Source: a bacterium
Lineage (GTDB): Bacteria; RBG-13-61-14; DATKZS01
Assembly (NCBI GenBank): GCA_963674965.2
Contig: CAXXFL010000001.1
Span: 1,216,001 to 1,280,000, forward strand
Length of the DNA: 64,000 bases
Direction: 5' to 3'
The notes beneath the pieces are model-generated. The model was not told the origin of the DNA. It saw nothing but the letters and a program-made list of their open reading frames with translations, and ran no database searches. The position numbers and the translations under genes were made by a program. Below, one piece after another: positions 28,914-39,574 of the stretch. Position 1 is the stretch's first letter; each line of letters opens with the position of its first letter.

Positions 28914-28930
28914 AGCACATAGCGTACCAA
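28914..28930 (-). promoter_or_regulatory. Sigma54 (-24/-12) promoter
   Basis: Minus strand TTGGTACGCTATGTGCT has GG-N10-GC spacing, lies in AT-rich DNA and points at the zinc-finger/spoVG genes. Confidence 0.65.
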
Positions 28931-29169
28931 AATCAGGAGCTTAAATAGTCATTTTTTTTCAAATTGTAACTATCCATTTATTAACGAGTAAATATTACAT
29001 TTTTGGTACGGCATTAAAGACGCCTTATTCATTAATTAGTGCCACTATTCCAGAACAGTAGTGTCCGGGACCCAATGATGGACGTTTTTTGCGCACTATT
29101 TATAAAAGGACCCATATATTTGCGACCAGCCTAAGTAGAATGGACCAATCCAGGAAACCTTCTCGAGCG

Positions 29170-29820
29170 TTATTTCTTCCACAACCTGACCATGGACCGA
29201 GCGGCTTCTTCTGGATTGGAACTGGCTGAAATAGAAGATATTACGGCGGCGCATGCACATCCTGTGCCTCTTATCTCCAATAAATTATCCGCCCCTATGC
29301 CCCCTATGGCGACAACGGGGATACTTACCGATTTAACTACATGAATTAAATTGTCTATTCCCTGAGGAATGGAGACGTTGTTTTTGGTCGAGGTCGTATA
29401 CATGGAGCCAAATCCGACATAATCAGCATCATCAAATTCTGCTTTTTTTGCTTCCTCAACGGAATGAGTGGATATTCCTAAAAGGAATGAATTGCCCGAT
29501 ATTGATCGAGCGCGGGAGGCGGGCAGGTCGTCCTGACCAAGATGTGCGCCGTGAGCGCCCGAAGCCAGGGCAACATCCAGACGGTCGTTGACAATAAATG
29601 CCGCGCCCCTTTTGTCACAAAGAGTTGCCATTTCGCGAGCGAGATTTACCATCTCACCCGCCGGCAGTTTTTTGGCCCGCAACTGCACAACCGTCACGCC
29701 CGCCTCGAGCGTCTGGCGCAAAAGCTTTAAAGGCTCTTTGCCCGCCCCCACCTCGGGATCGATAATGGCGTAAACTCCCCTAACTTTTTTTCGGCAAAAC
29801 TCACGCCTATCGATGGCCAT
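29170..29820 (-). CDS. thiE: Thiamine-phosphate synthase
   Basis: VQLRAK, IVNDRLDVA, HLGQDD, GISTHS, TSTK and VAIGGI. Confidence 0.93.
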   Translation of the reverse strand: MAIDRREFCRKKVRGVYAIIDPEVGAGKEPLKLLRQTLEAGVTVVQLRAKKLPAGEMVNLAREMATLCDKRGAAFIVNDRLDVALASGAHGAHLGQDDLPASRARSISGNSFLLGISTHSVEEAKKAEFDDADYVGFGSMYTTSTKNNVSIPQGIDNLIHVVKSVSIPVVAIGGIGADNLLEIRGTGCACAAVISSISASSNPEEAARSMVRLWKK

Positions 29821-30143
29821 TTTGTCCTCTCCCCTTTTCGTCCGATTTACTCTCGATAATTTCTTCCCAAGTCGCCGCGCGGTAGAGGGCGTCGTGTCCC
29901 ATGGCTTTCAATGCCCTGATTCTTTTCACCGGCCTCATTCTAGCCTCGATGGGGGAAACGGCGCTCCAAATGGCGTAAACGGGTATTTCTCACTGGTCCT
30001 CTCGAACCCCCTTTCCCTTAATAGCTCGGGAAAACCAGCCATCGAGAAGGCTATGGACATGGTGTAAGAATTGGAAAGGGACGCCCTTAATTATTATGGA
30101 CGCATCCATGGCCAATACGGCCAAGGCGGGCCCTTTTTCCAAT

Positions 30144-31664
30144 TCAGGCCCCGGCCGACCCCAGCTTCTGGGCGATCGCCTCCGCAACCCTTACCGAGAT
30201 GGCCCAGATGGTCTCCTGGGGATTAACTCCAAGGGACGTGGGGAACACGCTTCCGTCGGCGATATACAGATTCTGGACGTCGTGGAACTCTCCCGTCGGG
30301 CCCACCACGCTCTTCTTGGGATTTACGCCCATCCTGCACGTGCCCTGGGGATGGAAGGCCATAAGTATCCAGTCGGAAGGCTTGGTCTTCTCGCGAGATA
30401 TGCGGTCCAGGTCGGACATGCTCAGGACCTCGGGCACGGCGAAGTTGCCGTTGATGACCTTCCTGGCGCCGGCCGAAAAAAGCACCCGGTCGCAGATAAT
30501 CATGGCCTTGTAAAGGGTCTCGGCGTCCTCGTCCCTGAGATGGAAAGACATGGCCGGCTCGCCGTCGCCGTCGGCCCTGACCCTTCCCTGTCCTTTCTCG
30601 CTGATCATGATCCCGAGGCTGGCCATATGGCGGTATTGCTTGCACACGTCCCACAGGTCGGGCCCAATGCCTGCCAGTCCCGGCAGCTGGGAGGCAGGTC
30701 CCGTAAAGGTCGCCTCCATCATTATGCCCTGCTCGACGTAGTCGTCGATGTACATGTTCTGGCATACCCCGAGGTGGGAGTTGATCTCCTCCTCGAATAT
30801 GCCGATGGTGCGGGCGCACAGGTGGAGCTTGAGACCTTTTCCCACTTTGCCGCTTTTATTTCCAATCTTGTTTTTTAGCAAAAAGGCCGGAGTGCAAAGC
30901 GACCCCATGGATAGGACCACCACCTTGGCCGAAACGTCAACGTTGAACCGGTACTTGCCCGAGCGACGGTCGATAACCATGCCGTGAACGCCCGTCACCC
31001 CGTCCTTTTCTCCCGTCAGTATCTGGGCCTTCACGTCGCAGTAAAACTTGGCGCCAAGCTTGTCGGCGTCGGGGATGATCTTGACCACCATCGATTCCTT
31101 GGCCCCCTCGGTGCAGCCGTAGGCGCAGTTGCCGCAGCCGCGGCACTTGTCGTTCACGTTTCTCTTGAGGGGACGGGGATGGAGGCCCAGCTTGCGGGCG
31201 CCCTCGGAAATAATCTCGCCTCCGCGTCCCATTACCTCCGGCCTTACCTCCTGGACGCTCATGTCCTTCTCGACCTTGTCGTAATAGGGCGCCATGTCGG
31301 CCGGCCCGAAACCCTCGAGACCCATCTTGACCCATTCGTTCAACACCGAGTCGGGGGCCCTGAAGCAGGTACCCATGTTGACCGTGGTCGTGCCGCCCAG
31401 GCAGCGGCCGGTGGGCACTATGATCGAGGGAATGCCGGTGGTGGCGTCGAGACCCATGTTCCTGGTCATCTTGAAGAAGCCGTCCTTGACCTTGCCGGTG
31501 AAGTCCTCGGTGAAATAAGCCCCGCCCTCCTCGAGCACCACCACGGAAAGTCCCTTGCCGGCCAACTCCCGCGCCACCGTGGCCCCGCCGGCGCCGCTAC
31601 CTATTATACAAACGTCAACGTCCTCACGGACGGCCGAGTCGAGGTCTTTGCCTTCTATAATCAT
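30144..31664 (-). CDS. GMC family FAD oxidoreductase
   Basis: IIGSGAGG, GRCLGGTTTVN, Cys cluster CRGCGNCAYGC, HPQGTCRMG and ADGSVFPTSLGVNPQ. Confidence 0.9.
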   Translation of the reverse strand: MIIEGKDLDSAVREDVDVCIIGSGAGGATVARELAGKGLSVVVLEEGGAYFTEDFTGKVKDGFFKMTRNMGLDATTGIPSIIVPTGRCLGGTTTVNMGTCFRAPDSVLNEWVKMGLEGFGPADMAPYYDKVEKDMSVQEVRPEVMGRGGEIISEGARKLGLHPRPLKRNVNDKCRGCGNCAYGCTEGAKESMVVKIIPDADKLGAKFYCDVKAQILTGEKDGVTGVHGMVIDRRSGKYRFNVDVSAKVVVLSMGSLCTPAFLLKNKIGNKSGKVGKGLKLHLCARTIGIFEEEINSHLGVCQNMYIDDYVEQGIMMEATFTGPASQLPGLAGIGPDLWDVCKQYRHMASLGIMISEKGQGRVRADGDGEPAMSFHLRDEDAETLYKAMIICDRVLFSAGARKVINGNFAVPEVLSMSDLDRISREKTKPSDWILMAFHPQGTCRMGVNPKKSVVGPTGEFHDVQNLYIADGSVFPTSLGVNPQETIWAISVRVAEAIAQKLGSAGA

Positions 31665-31700
31665 TTTACTTCTCCCTTTCTAAGGTATCCGCCGGCGCGC

Positions 31701-32117
31701 CTACTTGGCGACCAGGCAGGAGTGGTGATCGTATCCGAGGGTCCTTTCCATCTCGGGCTCGGAAAAATAGGTCACGATAATCGAGCCCTTGAGGGAAACG
31801 ATGATCATCCGCTGCACGTAGTTGCTTCCGTTCTCAAAGGACTGGAGCACCTTGACCTGGTCCTCCCTGGGCAGCTTCGAGTACTGCTGCCGGTAGCCCA
31901 TGGCGAATGGAGCCACCTCGAGGGCCCGAAGAAGCCAGATCATGCCGGAGCGATAAAGAGAAGGCATGCCGCCCAGGTATTTTTCCATTTCCCGGATGAC
32001 GTTGTCCATGTCCGGTTTCTCGGGGGCGTCAACGAAGTCGTGGATCATGGCCGCGATCATGTTACGCATGGTCTCGTTGTTTCCCTCGCCAAACTCGAAG
32101 TCGGGGTCGCACTGCAT
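31701..32117 (-). CDS. Gluconate 2-dehydrogenase subunit 3-like partner protein
   Basis: YSKLPREDQVKVL...YFSEP...LGY pattern; directly upstream of the GMC gene; SD GGAAAGGA before ATG 32117. Confidence 0.65.
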   Translation of the reverse strand: MQCDPDFEFGEGNNETMRNMIAAMIHDFVDAPEKPDMDNVIREMEKYLGGMPSLYRSGMIWLLRALEVAPFAMGYRQQYSKLPREDQVKVLQSFENGSNYVQRMIIVSLKGSIIVTYFSEPEMERTLGYDHHSCLVAK

Positions 32118-32157
32118 TTTTCTATCCTTTCCGGGCGCCAAGGCCGGCGTCCGCTAG

Positions 32158-32171
32158 ACTGACGCGTCAGT
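32158..32171. promoter_or_regulatory. Perfect 14-bp palindromic operator
   Basis: ACTGACGCGTCAGT lies between a minus-strand TTGACA (32218-32223) promoter and the GMC operon start. Confidence 0.6.
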
Positions 32172-32245
32172 TAAACTATTGAATTTATAAGGATATTATT
32201 ACCCATGACCAGCCGCGTGTCAACCGTTTTTTCGTTAAATAATTA

Positions 32246-33205
32246 TGCGGCTATATAGTTAACTCCGAATATGTGACTCCTCCGGATGTGGCGCATGCCC
32301 TTATAAGCCGGTCGAAGAGTTCCTTTTCCCAGCGGCGGCGGTTGAAGCGATAGCAAAACTCGTCGAGGTAACTCTGCAGGTGCTTCCTGCCGATCCCGTG
32401 GAAGGTCACGAGCAGGAAGGCCTTCGAATTCGAGGCCAGGATGTGGACCCATTTCAAAGCCGCGTGGCGCCTTTGCCGGAGACCTGGCGGACGTGTCCGT
32501 GTCCCAATTCCTCGACAATATTATACGAGAGCCAACCGTCGGTGACGACCTCCTGCCCCGGCGCCACGTCGGCGCCGATCACATCCTTGAAGGTGGCGCC
32601 GTCGAGGCCGCCAATGACCCGCATCCGGGCGAAGCCGATCCCGCGACCGCCCTTATCGCCATCGAAAGTAGAGGCCTCGATCATGACCGGCGCCTTGCTC
32701 GTGCCCAGGCCGCGCTTGCCGCCGCCCTCCTTCTTGCCGCCGTAATACGACTCGTCCACCTCGATAACTCCCCGCAACGTATACAGTTCGTTGCTATCGG
32801 ACATGGCCCGACGGATTTTATGAAGCATGGTCCAGGCAACGTAATAACTCACGCCGAGTTTTTTCGAGAGTCGCAAGGCGCTAAGCCCGCGCTTGTCGTT
32901 GGCCACAAGATATATCGCCCAGAACCACTTCCGAAGCGGAGTGCGGGTCCGGTGCATGACCGTGCCGGCGGTGACGGAGGTCTGGTGGCCGCATGACTTG
33001 CACTGGTAAATCTTGCGCCTGGGCAGGTCGAAATACTCGCCGTGGCCGCACCTCGGGCACGAGAATCCATCGGGCCATTTAAGCTTGAAAAGGCGCTTTC
33101 GGCAAGCCTCCTCGGTCCTAAACCTCCTCTGAAATTCCATAATACCCAGCTCGCCATACTTTTTGTCCATAGTGCATTCCTTTCATATTAGGACTCAACT
33201 ATATA
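32246..33205 (-). mobile_element. IS1595-family element with a frameshifted transposase; ends approximate
   Basis: Imperfect inverted termini TATATAGTTAACTCC (about 32252-32266) and GGACTCAACTATATA (33191-33205) flank the transposase. Confidence 0.8.
32251..33170 (-). pseudogene. IS1595 (ISXO2-like) transposase, 1-nt deletion near 32460
   Basis: Zinc ribbon CPRC..CKSC, TSVTAGT, EVDESYYGG and VVTDG in one frame; KHLQSYLDEFCYRFNRR in another frame. Confidence 0.85.
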
Positions 33206-33212
33206 ATTTATT

Positions 33213-34646
33213 CTGAACTTTAGAACTTTTTAGTCTGGTTTGCACGTATCGACATTAAGCAGCCTCCTTGAGGGGCGTAATTTCCTCTGGTTTGGGGTCG
33301 GAATGGAAAGCGGGAGAAATTCGCAAAGCCTTGTAGAAAGCGCGTCGGAGCCGACCGACGCTTGGGGGGCCGCTCGGGTCCCACCACGGTTCGGCCTCGA
33401 TCTTTTCCGCCTCCGGGACGCAAAGGGCAAGCAGGCCCAAAAGGCCGTAGGCGACCAGGCAGAGGTTGGCGTGGCGCTTGATGGCCGTGAACGACCTCTG
33501 GCGATAGTCGCCGAAACCGCCCGCCGTCTTCACCTCCCGGAACAACTCCTCGATCTTCCAGCGGCCCGAATACGTTTCCAGCGCCCGCTCCGGCTTCATC
33601 TCGACGTCGGTGGTGAAAAACACGTTCATTTTTTTGCCGGAGCGCCGGGGGAAAATGATGACGAGTATCGGCTTGTCGCCGAGGGTGGCGCTGGGGACCA
33701 TCACCCCGACGAAGGCCTCGATGGTAACGGTCTTGCCGTAAATCCTGGCCTTGATTTTTTCGCGCTTCGATCTTTTCAACCACAGTTGTTGGGGGCTGAA
33801 CTTCTTGCCGCGCTTGGGCGGCCTTCCCGGACCATTCTTCCTTTTGGGGAGTTCGTAGAGCGCCGCGTTCGAGCGGAGGCGGCTGATCAGGACCACCTCT
33901 TTGCCGTCGAACTCGAGACCGGCCAACTTGGCCTTGGCGTAGAGGTTGTCCACCACCAGGACCAGTCTCCGAGCGGGCCAGGAGAACCTTTTTATCATCA
34001 TGGCGGCCAACTCGATCTTGGTTTTGAACTCCCATCCCTTGGGGCAAAACTTTTCCTGGACGAAGAGCAGCGCCGAGAGGGGGAAGGCGAACCACTTGCC
34101 CCCGCGCTCCCATAGAAGCGCCATCACCACCCAGCAGTGGCCGAGCACCCGGCGCTTTTGATGGCCGGGGTTTTTGTCCGTCGGGTCCGGGTAATAGCCC
34201 AGACCGAAGAACTTCTTGCCCCATTTCTTGACCAGGGTGTCGTCGACGGCGACGACGATCTCGTCCATGATCTTGAGTCGTTGGGCCACCAGGTCGAGCA
34301 GGCATTGACTCACCTTTTGGCAGGACCACCGGCCCTTGCGCATGAAAGCGTAGGGCGTGGTCCAGTGCATGACCCGGTGGACTTGGGTGAGGCGCATGAC
34401 CTCGGTCACGCAGTGCTGGAGACCGAACAGCGCCGCGTGGGCGATAATGAAGGTCTGGAAGTGCTCGAACCCGGGCTTGGAGAAGCAGTTGACAAATACA
34501 AGCATCAGCGGCAACATAAGAGCTTGAGCGTTCATCAGCGTTCACTCCCGCGTTATGAGGGCCGATCACACCTCTCATTATACGGGAAAAACTGGTGAAC
34601 GCTATTTTTACATGGTGGAACATGGCTAAAAAGTTCTAAAGTTCAG
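33213..34646 (-). mobile_element. Complete IS701/IS4-like insertion sequence, 1434 bp
   Basis: Perfect 21-bp TIR CTGAACTTTAGAACTTTTTAG (33213-33233 and 34626-34646); 8-bp target duplication AATTTATT (33205-33212 and 34647-34654). Confidence 0.92.
33255..34535 (-). CDS. DDE transposase (IS701-like)
   Basis: VAVDDT, VVDNLY and YSGRWKIEELFREVK (YREK) motifs; intact 426 aa. Confidence 0.9.
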   Translation of the reverse strand: MNAQALMLPLMLVFVNCFSKPGFEHFQTFIIAHAALFGLQHCVTEVMRLTQVHRVMHWTTPYAFMRKGRWSCQKVSQCLLDLVAQRLKIMDEIVVAVDDTLVKKWGKKFFGLGYYPDPTDKNPGHQKRRVLGHCWVVMALLWERGGKWFAFPLSALLFVQEKFCPKGWEFKTKIELAAMMIKRFSWPARRLVLVVDNLYAKAKLAGLEFDGKEVVLISRLRSNAALYELPKRKNGPGRPPKRGKKFSPQQLWLKRSKREKIKARIYGKTVTIEAFVGVMVPSATLGDKPILVIIFPRRSGKKMNVFFTTDVEMKPERALETYSGRWKIEELFREVKTAGGFGDYRQRSFTAIKRHANLCLVAYGLLGLLALCVPEAEKIEAEPWWDPSGPPSVGRLRRAFYKALRISPAFHSDPKPEEITPLKEAA

Positions 34647-34805
34647 AATTTATTTAAAGCGAATTGGACCGCTTGTCAACGGTCCTGGCAAACGATAAAA
34701 TTACGCTAATTGGAAGAGAGGTTTAGAGGATTTCTTTCTGAGGGAACTCGAGAACCATCCACATTTTCATTATATCCACAAGGCTTTTTAGATGTATAGA
34801 GATAA

Positions 34806-34821
34806 TGTTTCACGTGAAACA
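34806..34821. promoter_or_regulatory. parS centromere site (perfect)
   Basis: TGTTTCACGTGAAACA is the canonical parS palindrome. Confidence 0.92.
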
Positions 34822-34830
34822 ATAGGGCTG

Positions 34831-34846
34831 GGTTTCACGTGAAAAC
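34831..34846. promoter_or_regulatory. Second, near-consensus parS site overlapping the rsmG stop codon
   Basis: GGTTTCACGTGAAAAC. Confidence 0.75.
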
Positions 34847-35488
34847 TTTTCGGTAGACCACTATCTTTCTTCCGGCCTTTTTTCCTGGAATATCGTATTC
34901 TTTCTCAGACTCCATTTCCAGTCCATGAATTTCCTCGGTCCTTTCATTTATCCCCTTAAGAAGCGCCATGCGGCCTCCTTCCTTTAAATATTTTCCGCCT
35001 TTTGCGAAAATATAACTCGCGTCTCCAACCGCTTTGGAAATCATGATAGTGAAAGCCTCAATGTACTCCCCTCCAAGGCCTTCGACCCTCGAATTGATCG
35101 CCCTGGCGTTAAGCAATCCCAGCCTCCTTATGGCCTCATCCATGAATGTACACCTCTTCCGCCTAGAATCCACCAGGTCGAAACTGACCGACTCCATGAC
35201 TATGGCCAAAGGAATGCCCGGTATGCCCGCCCCGCTGCCGAAATCCATTACTCGAGGATTTTCCTGCCCCTTAATAATAACCTCCATGATAGGCGCCAGG
35301 ACCATTGAATCCAGGATCAACTCGATTATCCTCTCCCGCTCTCCCTTTACTCCCGTCAGGTTCATCCTTGCCGACCATTTGTCCAGCAGTATTAGATAGG
35401 AGACTATCTTGTCCACCATGCCTTCATCCAATTCAACTCCCAGCTTCACGGACTCGACAATTAAAAGATCCCGGTTAGACTCTTCCAT
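34835..35488 (-). CDS. rsmG: 16S rRNA m7G527 methyltransferase
   Basis: WSARMNLT, DFGSGAGIPGIPLA, DSRRKR and SRVE; directly downstream of mnmG. Confidence 0.92.
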   Translation of the reverse strand: MEESNRDLLIVESVKLGVELDEGMVDKIVSYLILLDKWSARMNLTGVKGERERIIELILDSMVLAPIMEVIIKGQENPRVMDFGSGAGIPGIPLAIVMESVSFDLVDSRRKRCTFMDEAIRRLGLLNARAINSRVEGLGGEYIEAFTIMISKAVGDASYIFAKGGKYLKEGGRMALLKGINERTEEIHGLEMESEKEYDIPGKKAGRKIVVYRKVFT

Positions 35489-35501
35489 TCCCCTTCCCCG
35501 G

Positions 35502-37376
<1,875 letters not shown>

Positions 37377-37421
37377 AAAATCATTCTACCACGTTTTCCC
37401 AAACCCCTCCCCAAAAAGTTC

Positions 37422-37449
37422 TTGCCATACAATATGGGTCTGGTATAAT
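37422..37449 (+). promoter_or_regulatory. Sigma70 promoter divergent from mnmG, with no downstream sense gene
   Basis: TTGCCA, 16 bp, extended -10 TGG-TATAAT. Confidence 0.55.
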
Positions 37450-37477
37450 CATGTAGATATTTCCCTATTTTCCAGAA

Positions 37478-37815
37478 TGTGGCTATGCGGTTAACTCCGA
37501 ATATGTGACTCCTCCGGATGTGGCGCATGCCCTGATAAGCCGGTCGAAGAGTTCCTTTTCCCAGCGGCGGCGGTTGAAGCGATAGCAAAACTCGTCGAGG
37601 TAACTCTGCAGGTGCTTCCTGCCGATCCCGTGGAAGCTCCCGAGCAGGAAGGCCTTCGAATTTGAGTCCAGGATATGGACCCATTTCATCGCCGCTTTGG
37701 CGCCTTTGCCGGAGACCTGGCGGACGCGTTCGTGTCACAATGCCTGGGTGGTATTATAATAGAGCCAGCCGTATGTAACTACCTCTTGCCCCGGCGTTAT
37801 GTCGGCTCCGGTCGC
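37478..37815 (-). mobile_element. Truncated, diverged second copy of the IS1595 element (3' end only)
   Basis: Closely matches about 32250-32580; encodes KWVHILDSNSKAFLLGSFHGIGRKHLQSYLDEFCYRFNRR. Confidence 0.88.
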
Positions 37816-37849
37816 GCTATGTTTAAAAATGTGGTGATGGTCCCGGGCT

Positions 37850-39010
37850 TTATAGCATTTTAGCAAGGATTATTGACCTCAGATACTCGGCCTCTTCCAT
37901 GGAAACGCCTATAGCGAAGCTGACTTCACGGTCGGCGGTTCGGGCAATGATACCGGCTGAGGGTTTGTGCTTGTCCCTCTTCGACCAGGCGCTGACGCCC
38001 GTCACCTGCAGATCGATAATGTCTCCTGTCCTGATAACGTCCTGCTTTTCAAAGATTACTCCCTTCATGTATACGTCCAGGACGTTGTTGCCGGCCTTGA
38101 TCTCGGTCCTTGCCAAGTAGGCGGTGAGTGCCTTCTTGACCAGGCCGGCCAGGGGAAGAAAGACCAGGACCAGACCCAGGGCGACGTACATGGCGGCCCT
38201 TACTCCCGGCGGCGTTTTGGTGGCTATCAGCCAGGGCCCGAATTGGTATACCAGGAAACCGTATATCGCCGGCGGAACGAGGGTCCCCGCTACTTGCAAT
38301 GGCCGCAAAGGCCTTTCCTTTAAAGATATTCTAAGCCATCCCGGGCCTTCCTCAACTTGGGCCAACCCCTTTTCTGGTGGAGGAGAGTATGGCATATCTC
38401 CAGCTTCACGAGTCCGTTGCACCAGGTTGAGGGCCGCTCTTTCCGGCGGGATGGTCTCCGTCTCGGAAAAGCAGGAGTTCTCGAGGGGCATGTCAAGAAA
38501 CAAGGCCAGTTCGACCGCCGTCCGCCTCGAAGCCGCATAATCGGTCGAGCCGAAAACTCTGACCCTGTCATTCTGACCGATAAGTTCCACCGGGAAGGAG
38601 TCCGCCGAGTCCGAATCTCCCTCATCCCGTCGGAGGCTTACCTTGTTAAAGCGGCTTAGGTCTCGCTCGTCGGAGCCTCGCCACCAGAGCAAGCTCTTCC
38701 AAATAACAACCCGCCCCAAGGCCCGGTCGATGGAAGCCCCCCTTTTCCCGAACATAATCCAGGAGCCCACTCCCACAAAAGCGGCGGCCATAATCGCCAT
38801 GGCCGGCCCGCCCCACCAGGGCAACTGGTCCCGATTCTCCACCGGTATCAGGCCGGCCGCGCCCAGCAGGATCAGAATCCCCGCCAGAAAAAAAGGAAGC
38901 CCGATCAACCCCGCAAACCCGCCCCCCTCCGAGCGTTCCCACTTGTCGGGGTCCTTTGTAAATCGCCTGTATCCGCCCATCTTCATGGTAGAAGAATAAT
39001 CGGCCATCAA
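37850..39010 (-). CDS. Hypothetical membrane protein
   Basis: 386-aa ORF with two TM hairpins, each followed by a soluble domain. Confidence 0.7.
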   Translation of the reverse strand: MMADYSSTMKMGGYRRFTKDPDKWERSEGGGFAGLIGLPFFLAGILILLGAAGLIPVENRDQLPWWGGPAMAIMAAAFVGVGSWIMFGKRGASIDRALGRVVIWKSLLWWRGSDERDLSRFNKVSLRRDEGDSDSADSFPVELIGQNDRVRVFGSTDYAASRRTAVELALFLDMPLENSCFSETETIPPERAALNLVQRTREAGDMPYSPPPEKGLAQVEEGPGWLRISLKERPLRPLQVAGTLVPPAIYGFLVYQFGPWLIATKTPPGVRAAMYVALGLVLVFLPLAGLVKKALTAYLARTEIKAGNNVLDVYMKGVIFEKQDVIRTGDIIDLQVTGVSAWSKRDKHKPSAGIIARTADREVSFAIGVSMEEAEYLRSIILAKML

Positions 39011-39068
39011 GATAATAGCCAGAAAAATCTCCTCCCGGCAAAAAATTTCAAGCCTTCTATAAAAGTGC

Positions 39069-39096
39069 TTGCCACACGAATCAGCTTTGTTATAAT
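39069..39096 (+). promoter_or_regulatory. Putative sigma70 promoter
   Basis: TTGCCA, 16 bp, extended -10 TGT-TATAAT. Confidence 0.55.
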
Positions 39097-39171
39097 CTCA
39101 GTTGTAATCCGTCCCCTTTAAAAGCTGGGGCGGCCAATATAAAAGTACGGAGCATAAGGCGAATCAGGAGA

Positions 39172-39519
39172 GTGTCGGCCATGGAAATTACATATTTTGG
39201 GATGGGGGACATTGGCCTTTATGTCTTTTCGATTTTCTGCATTGCTTTTACAATCGTTCGGAAAAAACAATTGGGAAGTGAAAAGAGAATCGATTATAAA
39301 TTCGATATCCCCATATTCTTTCTTTTCATTACCTTGCAAACCATTGTTTATACTCAACTTTCGGATTACAGCGTGCTTGCCCTTATTATCAATATTGCCT
39401 CCTGCGCTTTGGCTTACTGCACGGAAGGAGCGTACATCTCGCTCAAGGGAAAAGAATTTGCCGACGCGGCGAAGCAATATGATATCGACGCCCAGGCGGC
39501 GCGTGGGTCTGGGAGGTAG
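39172..39519 (+). CDS. Small hypothetical membrane protein (AT-rich)
   Basis: SD AGGAGA before the GTG; three hydrophobic segments; downstream of the promoter. Confidence 0.45.
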   Translation: MSAMEITYFGMGDIGLYVFSIFCIAFTIVRKKQLGSEKRIDYKFDIPIFFLFITLQTIVYTQLSDYSVLALIINIASCALAYCTEGAYISLKGKEFADAAKQYDIDAQAARGSGR

Positions 39520-39574
39520 TCGTTTATCTTGTGGATGCATTCAGTTAATTCTATAAATCTTTTCCCCTCTGGCG

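Noticed and set aside
29001-29020. Second, divergent sigma54 promoter (TTTTGGTACGGCATTAAAG)
   Set aside because: There is no GC at -12 and no plus-strand gene downstream.
32440-32470. Programmed frameshift in the IS1595 transposase
   Set aside because: There is no slippery heptamer, and the second copy is in frame here, indicating a simple deletion.
33220-34623. 467-aa minus-strand ORF spanning the IS
   Set aside because: It is an alternative frame without DDE motifs; 33255-34535 is the transposase.
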